This document shows positions 53,139-64,000 of a stretch of DNA of 64,000 nt, piece after piece (the stretch's first letter is position 1; every line of letters starts with the position of its first letter). The notes under the pieces are model-generated. The model made no database searches, was not told the origin of the DNA, and saw nothing but the letters and a program-made list of their open reading frames with translations. Origin of the DNA: Ptychomitrium polyphyllum (Eukaryota); NCBI GenBank assembly GCA_973851085.1, contig OZ316775.1, forward strand, positions 1,984,001 to 2,048,000, in the 5' to 3' direction. Position numbers and translations under genes: made by a program.

Positions 53139-55318
53139 ATATAATAAGCATGATTAGAATTGAATATAAGAATATATACATATCATAAGCATATATAGAG
53201 AAACAAAAATTTAATATAAGATTTTTTGGACATATATGGTTATGTATATAAGGGATGTTTAAAGGAAGACTTAAATGCACATGATTTTCAAATACAATAA
53301 AAAGTACATTCTTGACATATTGTAATTTGTACACACCTAAAGATAGATAGATGTATACACACATGTGAACATATATACATGCATACATACACACATACAT
53401 ACATATTATAATTTTTGTAATTTAATTTAAAAATAAAATACTAGTTAAAATGTATTCAAATGCCGGGCTCTGTAGCCATGGTAAAAATTGATAACTTGTC
53501 AAATTGGAATAAACTTCAATATAAACGTAAAGAAACAAGTTTAAAAAAATTTCATGGTGTGCATGAGAGGTGAACTCGATTACAAACATAACATTTTTGT
53601 GTTCAGAAGAGTTGCTTGTAGCCCAAAGGCCTAGAGTAGGGGCATATTCCAAAAGAATCATTAGCGAAGAATAGCTTCCAGGTGGTGACCTATCTAATCA
53701 CAAAGGGCCTCCTGCGAAGGTCAAGGATGCGAGAGCGTGAAGGTCCCGGTCACCGTGAATTTCTCTTAGCGTAACAACACAACACCACCAGCGACCAGCC
53801 CTCTTGAAGCAAACTTGTCAAACCTGCAGGAAAAAGCGTGGCCAAGGGGGTCGGTGGCCACTCCCCGAAGCCTCAAACTTAGACCCTAATAACATAACCT
53901 GTACTCAAAACCGTAGTCGCATCTAAAATTGCCATTATCTAAACATTTTGTACAGCCGAACAGAGCTTCTACGGTTTTCGTAGATATCTCGTGGCTTTCA
54001 CCGTAGTGTCGGTTTTGTGCAGTATTTCCAGGGCATTGTTGTTTCGTGGCCATGGCTATGGCGATGGCGGAAGCGAACATCTTCGTACCTCCTGCACAGC
54101 GAACCTTGTTATTTCTCTCCTTGCACCGGGCGAGCATGCTGCTCTCTCACTCATGCCGTTTCTAACCTCTATCTTTGGTCCTCAATCCTTGATACACATA
54201 GCATCGCAGTACTGGTAGTATTGTTCTCTCAAACGTTTCCTTGAAAGTCACGCCGGTTCTTGCTCCTGAGGGTTTGAGGTCGTGTTCTTATCGCTTCGTG
54301 CGGTTTCACGTGCGCCTCGTGCTACTTCCGGGTGCTCTCTCCGTCTCTTTGTTCTGCACAAGTTTGGGACGATGTGACTGTGACGTGCCGTGAAACCCTA
54401 ATCTGTAGGGTTTCAAGGCTGGGTAGTGTAGGTAGTTGTAGGGGGCCGCTTCGCTTGCTGTTTTGGTATCTCCGTTCGTGTTTGCGTGGGAGAGCTATGA
54501 CTATCAACCTTAAGTTTAGTGGTGCTGGTGCTGCGGAATGCGATTCTGTCGCTGTTGATGGTTGTTTCGTGTAAATTTCTACATGCGAGGACGTCGAGTT
54601 CGGTTTGGCTGCGGTTTTTGTCGTGGCTATCATTGGTGCTGAAGGTGCTGAAGGTATTTTTCTCTTTGACTTTTGAGTTTTTTCTACCGGAGAACCAGTT
54701 GGAGAGTCCTCCTTTCATTATTACGTTAATTTTTGGTTCTGGCTATTTTCTTGATGATGTCATTTTGGTGGTTGGGTGGAGAAACGTCTGTTCGAAGTTA
54801 GCATGCGTATGTTTCACGGTTTTAAGTCTTTTATGATTATTCCCGTTTGGAGTCAACAAGTGACTTTTTTCCTGGTAGGATTTGGCCTACTTAGGATTTT
54901 CATGGCTTTATCCTTTCGATGATGGTTTAGGTTTTATTTCAGACACTGGAACGCGCTGCTGGTCTCAGTCATTTGTGAGAATGAAATTTGTTTTGGGGGT
55001 CTTTGCTTGAAATTCTGGCTTCTAATCTCTGTTACCCGGAACAGGATTGTGAGTGTAGTGGAGCAATACGCTGAATCTTTTTTCATCTGCTGCACGCCTA
55101 CCAGAGGCTGAGGATTGTCTCAGATATGAGGAGATGCAGTGATTATTATCGCTGGAGTTATTACTGAATTTCAATCGGACTTTCATATGTTAGGGTCAGA
55201 GAGATTCGTTCTCGGCCCTGTTCTTTTAGATTGAAGCCACCCTGTAGCATCTGTTTTCTACGTGGGCTTGAGTTCGCGTTTACGTGTTGATAGTGTTTCG
55301 CTGTCAGTGTGCAGAGTT

Positions 55319-57948
<2,630 letters not shown>

Positions 57949-60900
57949 GGTGTTATCGTGTTTGACTATCACTCCTTCATTTGATAGAGTTTGGTTGCTT
58001 TTTTTTGTTTCTTTAAAAATTAGAATTAATTTGTTTTGAGGCCTTCAGGTTGCACCTTTTATGTACTTTTAGTAGTAGGGCTTTACCAGTTGGGGAATTA
58101 TTTTACTCCTGGACAGTTGTTCCTCCTGCACAGTTTTTGTAGAATCGAAAGAGATAGGTCCTTTTACATTGGGGTTGATCAGGGCAGCATAGCCCAGGCC
58201 CCACATTCTGGTTCCATTATGGGACAAGTCAGTTCTTTAACATGTCGGAAATATGTGGGGGGTTTGTTTGTATATCACGGAGAGGAACTGTAGATTCTGA
58301 ACATGTGAAACTGAAACAATTAAACCATTTTTCGACGGTCACAAATTCGTTGACAACTCAATTTAGAGGCTTGGGAGCATCAGCAACAAGTTGGGCTTTC
58401 ACAATAAATTTACACTCTTTTCCGTGTTCAAGCATTTCTATGTTTGCAAGGAAAGTAGTTTCTTGCCTTTGTGATATGAAATTTAGAAATCCTCAGAAAC
58501 ATTCAGCGTGTGAAGTGCTAGCGTATCCATTGAGATTTGCAAAAGTTTTGTAGATTTTGTTAGTTTGAGATGGTGGTTACCCTCTGCACTGTTAGAGTGA
58601 GTGTATTAGCAATTCGGGTATACTACGGTCATCCGCACTGTTGTTTGACTGTCAGGTGGGAAGTTTATTATTGAATCTTCGACTCAAGACACACTATTGT
58701 ACTAAGAACCAAGTTTCCTCTTAACCTGGGACACAACATGAGGCTGAGTATTGTATTCATACTGGCTGTGAATGATACAAATCGCAGAGGGTAGTTACAT
58801 GTAATTTTGTTCAGAGCTGGACGTTATCCATGACAGGCAAGTGACGCTGATGAAACCTATTAGAGGAAACGTTCACCTTCAGTATTACGTAACGGAAGCT
58901 GATTGATGACCTTCTCGTACTCTCTCTTACTGTTTCGTACCAAAGCTACAAGAACATACATGGTTACTTTTATGCATGCAAGCCTCAAACCGAGAAGGTG
59001 AGAACATATCCACCAGCACACACCAAAATGTGAAAATGAATGGGTTGATGAGCTAGTTTCACTCAATTATAAACTCCCTACAATAGCATGCTTGTAAGGA
59101 ATGTAGTTTTGTCATTTAAGATTTAAATGCAAAACTTGGTGTACCTATTTTATGTGAGTTTTTAATTTGTTTTTATTGGTGGTAATTTGAAGCATGAATT
59201 CCATATGATTAGGAAGTTTTTTTTTCTATTATTTTGATGTGTGAATTTGAAATACTATAAGAGTTCTTGTGATAAAAATTTGGAATTTATTTTTTACTTT
59301 TTATTTTATAGCTTTGCCTAAATATTCATTGAATTAATTGTCCATGCAGATACTAGAATCATTTGTTAAATCAACCAATTTACTAATAAAAGAAATTATT
59401 TAAAATATAACTAGAAATCTAACATGGGTTATTTCACAAGAATCCACTCCCCTCCTACCTTTGGGGTAATGTTTACGAGTGTATCACCACCCCTCTGATT
59501 CTCTTAAACAAGCTTCATGTACACCTGTTTGTTCAGAAAGTTATTCCTATAACCCTTTCATAGGAACTGTAATGTTTTTTAAGAATATTTATACGAGATA
59601 CTTATAGAATCGAAATCAATATGCAAAATCATCAAAGTGGATTTTCATTGCATAGGCCCCAAGCCTATGAGCGAGAGTGTTATGTGTAATTCGGCATGAC
59701 TGAAGATTGTGATTTTACTTTTCCCATGATAATGGTGGATGGTCTCGGAGACAGCAGCACCTGTTATTTCTGGGGACCTTCATGGTGGCAAGTTTCAGCA
59801 CAGTGATCACTGCTCATTTCAACAGCCCACCCGTGTTGTCAGGCCATGAACTTCACATGTACTCGTGCAGTCTCCTCTACACCTTACGTACAGTTTGAAG
59901 GACAGCGTGTTTCAGTTAAAAATTTGAATATGTCGACTTTTACCTAGTGGGTCCTGAATGAATCATAGCAGTATAACTTACAGAGTTTTCTAAAACTAAG
60001 TTACATGTGATAAGTTTGTCCCAGCTGATGTATATATTGCAGCCTGCAGGTTGCGTAGGTCTCAAATCCATCTTAAAGTTTTGGGATGTCACTGCATGCG
60101 AGCCACTTCCTAAAGCAAGCTTCGCAGAGGCTGAGACTTGTTAAGGTTTCCGCCCTAGATCCCCATCTCCCCCCGCAATCTCTCCTCAAAAGGAAACTTG
60201 AGACATCACCTTCAGAAGGTCAACCAGCGAAAAAGGGCGCCACGACTGGAAGGACAAAGGACGTGAAAGAAACGACGGTGGCAAGCCCAAATGAAGAATC
60301 TTTGTCAGTTGGTTGGAAGGATTTTGTCCTGGAGCTCTCCTACTCAGCCATGGCCCCATGCACGCAAATCAGCCTGCTTGCATGTTTCCAGGCAACCAAG
60401 ACTGAGGAGCACGCGTATGTAACTTACCAGCCAGTCCCTGAGTTACCAATAGCATGATTATTGTATATAGTCCCCATTTCACTACAATATAGACTACTTA
60501 TACTCTTTACTTTCGTCTCAGACTCATCGAATTGATTATCTTGCATGAAGTATAGTACCAGTGCAGCACGAAGTCTGGTGAGCTAATTAAATTTGAGCGG
60601 TGCTTCCCACATCACTAGATCCTGTGGACGGAAGTTTGAAGGCTGTCAAGACAGCCTTGAGTACCGCACGATGGATAAATCATGTACATGTAGAGTAGTA
60701 CTTCCAGCTAGTACTGAATCTCCCCTTGCAGGATATTTTAGTAGCCGAGATACTGTACTTCGAATCTGCACACTTCATGCGACTTATTTCGTGTTTTCGA
60801 AGTACACTTCGCTTTGTTGAGAACGTCGACGTTTCAGTGATAATCTTATTTTCAATTGTAGACAACTCCAAAATTTGAAAAATACTTGAAAGAATTAAAA

Positions 60901-62600
60901 TCATCTTTAATCAAAACGACAGATTAATCACAAAGCTCCTGGCATTATACGGCCTGAACTTAAATGCACTCGCATCGTTTATAGAGAATTTTCTTGATTG
61001 ATTTTGTTGTGAGGACCTGGACTACAATAAGTTAACCTAGGACTTAGAAATGGGGAGTCCAGAAACTTGTCATTCCATGCTTGTAATTGTGGTCTTTATT
61101 CTCTTTCCTGCAAGACTACTTGCGGCTGGAGCGATATGTACCTTAACCTTGCGACGAAAGATTCCTTTCGGAAGATATAAAAAATGATTAAAAATGGGAC
61201 TAAGCTGTCTGCAGACCATATTATTTTTAAAACTGTGGAGCTTCATCAAACTTGAATCGTGGTGTAGTACCCTGACAGTCATGACGCTGGAAGTCTTGTT
61301 CAAGTTTGAACGCTAATATTCCTGACAGACACCTTGGCAGCAGGTGCCTCTGCAAATGCCGACTATTGTGAATGTACACACTATATGACATCTTCACATG
61401 GCGTGATCAGAGTAGGCTTTACACTTGTACAATATTCGCTATGAATTCAACGTCCTAGCCTTTGGCAAGCCTATGCGTGGTCTGAAGCTCGAGGAACCTG
61501 AATATGACACAGCTTTAGGTTGGGATCTGGCCGACTTTACATACAGTATGCCAGTGAACTAACCTATGGAAGTCGCACAGCACATTAAATACATATTTTG
61601 TCCACACTGAAAACACGTGGTAGACAACAGGTAGATAGATCCGCCTAAGTTCTTTCTCGAAGCTCATACGGCATTCTCACAACATGCGGCATTCAATGTG
61701 CATGATCTGTGCGGCCTGATGTTAGCTGCAAGAAAGCAAGCACAAGATGTGCATATGAAAGCAATCGCTTAACTCTCAAAATCTCATTGAACAAAAAATT
61801 TACGAAACTTCAAAATTGTGTTAAGATGATCAAATTCGAAAATATTCAAGCTCATCTACTGTATATGAATGCTCGACTAAGTATCGAAACGGATGTTAAT
61901 CCAGAGCAGCCAGAAATGCCATACGGTACTACTCCACAGCTTCAACGCATGATGGATTAATTGTCTCCATGACGTCCCATTCAGGGGTCTCAAAAAATCA
62001 CAAAGCTTGGAATGCTATGAAATAAAGCAACACAGAGAGCTATAGAGAACACAACAGTACACGGTACTGTCCTTGTACTTCCAGGCACGTCATAATATCA
62101 ATCTTCTTGAAACTTGGTCCCTTTGAGCAATCCATTCGAAGTGTGAAACTCGTGTACTGATAACATAAAAAGAAAATATTCTTACCAACAACAGTTGATA
62201 ATCCTTCCTTCCTTCCCTCCTGGTGGCCACCTTCAAGATGTAAGCCTCAATAATGATTCAAAGTACCTGATGTTGAAGCATCAATAATTGCACAGCAGTT
62301 TCACAACTTGAATTAATAGTGCAAGAGCAATCAGCTGGACAGTACCTGCACAGAACTAGACTGGCTGCCAAGTTACTCCACATATATTGTTACGAAACTA
62401 ACTCAATTCTATTCACAAATCCGTGTAATTTGAAACAATATTCAAGTTGATCACGAAGCCCTGCAAGTGAGCTAACCAGCCACTTCAAGCAAGACTAAGA
62501 ATTATACCAAAGCCTACACTAGATCATCGATACAAGGGGCAATGTACAGAAATAATTTACAGACAGCAACACGATCTCTCTCTAATGTCTACATGTTGAA

Positions 62601-63755
62601 TTATTGAAAGATATCTTGCATGTCGTGCATGTCTTGCCACATGGACGACACGGTATCGCCCTCCTCATAGCCACTATTGGAGTATCCATTGGTGGGAGTG
62701 CTGCCTTCCTCCTCAATAGTACTGGACCCATGTGGAGGCGAAGTTCCGTTCACCGGATGCCCGCCTCTCATATGATCCTGGTTGTTATTATTGTTCCAGG
62801 CAGCAGGCTTGCCATTCATTTGAGGCCGGCTGTTCAACCCCAAGCGCAACAACATCGACGAATCATAACCTCCGCTCTTGGCTTGCAAAGTTGCTGAATC
62901 ATCCGTCTTGGCACCCACTTGATCTTCTCCTCCACTTGCCTGTTTGGACTGCTCCCACATTCCTTGTTGATTCATCTGAGCCTGGTTCCCATTCCCGTTA
63001 TCCCCCTGAGATTGCATCACATGGTGATTTCCCCAAAACTCGGCCTTGACGCCACCACTACCTGGGTGGTTCTGATGCTCCAGTTGGGGCACCCCTAGAT
63101 CTGGATAAAAATCGCCACCCACTGCCTGGGCATGGGGATTCATAGCGCCATACATTGGCTGCATCACTGGAAATTCCTGCTGCGTACCAGGATTGTTAGA
63201 CAAGGGGTTGATATAGATTCCCTGCATAGACTGAGAGGACTGACCTATGGCTGGGTACGCACCCCCACCGAAGGGGCTCTGGGGAACGAAGCCGGGCAGC
63301 TGGGAGAAGTTGAAACCCGTCATGTCGTGGGGTTGAAGCGAGTGCTGGAAGGTGCCCAACTGGGGCGGAGCCATCCCCGGGGTGGCCAAGGCAAGCGGGG
63401 TGCCGGCCGGGCCGGTTCGAAGGTAGGGGTCCCCGCGCTGGTGACGGTTCTTCTTACGCGAGCCGCCGCCCACCGGGACGTTACGAAGCGTGCCGCCCAC
63501 AGTCCAGTAGCGCTGGCATTGGCGGCAGAAGTGGCGCGGCTGGTTGACACTGTAGTTGTTGTAGTAGCAGAACTTCGTGTTCATGGACTCGCAGCGCGGG
63601 CAAGGTAGAACCTTCTGCGGCTTCTCCCGCGTCGTTTTGGAGGGCGAGGATGGAGACGCTGGTGTTCCATCCACGCTCACTAACTTCCGGTTCTCGTTTA
63701 ACTTCTCTAGTGGTGTTCCCAAACTAGTGCCGTCCTTCGAAGCCGACAGATGCAT
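62601..63755 (-). CDS. Dof zinc-finger transcription factor
   Basis: Complete Dof domain [50 protein letters not shown] in a 384-aa single-exon ORF. The [11 protein letters not shown] prefix resembles the CDF-type clade. An additional upstream exon outside the window cannot be excluded. Confidence 0.95.
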   Translation of the reverse strand: MHLSASKDGTSLGTPLEKLNENRKLVSVDGTPASPSSPSKTTREKPQKVLPCPRCESMNTKFCYYNNYSVNQPRHFCRQCQRYWTVGGTLRNVPVGGGSRKKNRHQRGDPYLRTGPAGTPLALATPGMAPPQLGTFQHSLQPHDMTGFNFSQLPGFVPQSPFGGGAYPAIGQSSQSMQGIYINPLSNNPGTQQEFPVMQPMYGAMNPHAQAVGGDFYPDLGVPQLEHQNHPGSGGVKAEFWGNHHVMQSQGDNGNGNQAQMNQQGMWEQSKQASGGEDQVGAKTDDSATLQAKSGGYDSSMLLRLGLNSRPQMNGKPAAWNNNNNQDHMRGGHPVNGTSPPHGSSTIEEEGSTPTNGYSNSGYEEGDTVSSMWQDMHDMQDIFQ

Positions 63756-64000
63756 GGTGCTAGATTTCCTGGTTTGGTATGAAATTAAATGGGATCACTG
63801 GTACCAAAGATGATCCCACTCGAGGTGATCCGCTATCACCCACGCTCCTGACTATCCAGCTCCCATCCCCAGTTAGGGCCCTAGAGGTATGAACTGGTAC
63901 CCCTTTCTTGTAGGAAAAATTTCCTGAATCCCCTGGTTCAGACCAAACGACACCCACCTCAGACTATCCACTGCCGCGTCACTACCCAACTAACACGAGC

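Noticed and set aside
54331..54350. GTGCTCTCTC resembling part of a miR156/miR535 target site
   Set aside because: Only about half of the site matches, and it lies in a pyrimidine-rich leader/intron.
60301..60330. LSVGWKDFV resembling the B3 DNA-binding-domain GWxxFV motif
   Set aside because: The flanking B3 motifs are absent, so a six-residue match is insufficient.

Overview
Eukaryotic nuclear DNA from a non-seed land plant, most likely a moss (inferred from the gene content, the many short GT-AG introns and the AT-rich decayed-transposon spacers). Ten protein-coding genes can be reconstructed, nine of them spliced. In order they are: a Codanin-1 (CDAN1)-like gene (+, 5' end outside the window), exosome subunit RRP4 (-), COG8 (+), a DPP4/DPP8/9-like S9B peptidase (+), PELP1/RIX1 (-), two tandem group-3-type LEA genes (-), a plastid alpha/beta-hydrolase (-), ribosomal S6 kinase (+) and a Dof transcription factor (-). 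One LEA is very long, internally duplicated and has a His-rich N-terminus. A heavily decayed Ty1/copia gag-protease-integrase fossil lies at ~48.2-50.8 kb. The most notable observation is a plant Codanin-1-like protein carrying an ASF1-binding B-domain-like motif, which suggests a histone-chaperone control module characterised so far in animals. Also notable are the His-rich giant LEA with a possible splice switch, uORFs on the S6K and peptidase leaders, and an orphan small membrane-protein ORF. No rRNA, tRNA or CRISPR array was found. Exon boundaries and family assignments were made by eye, without database searches.
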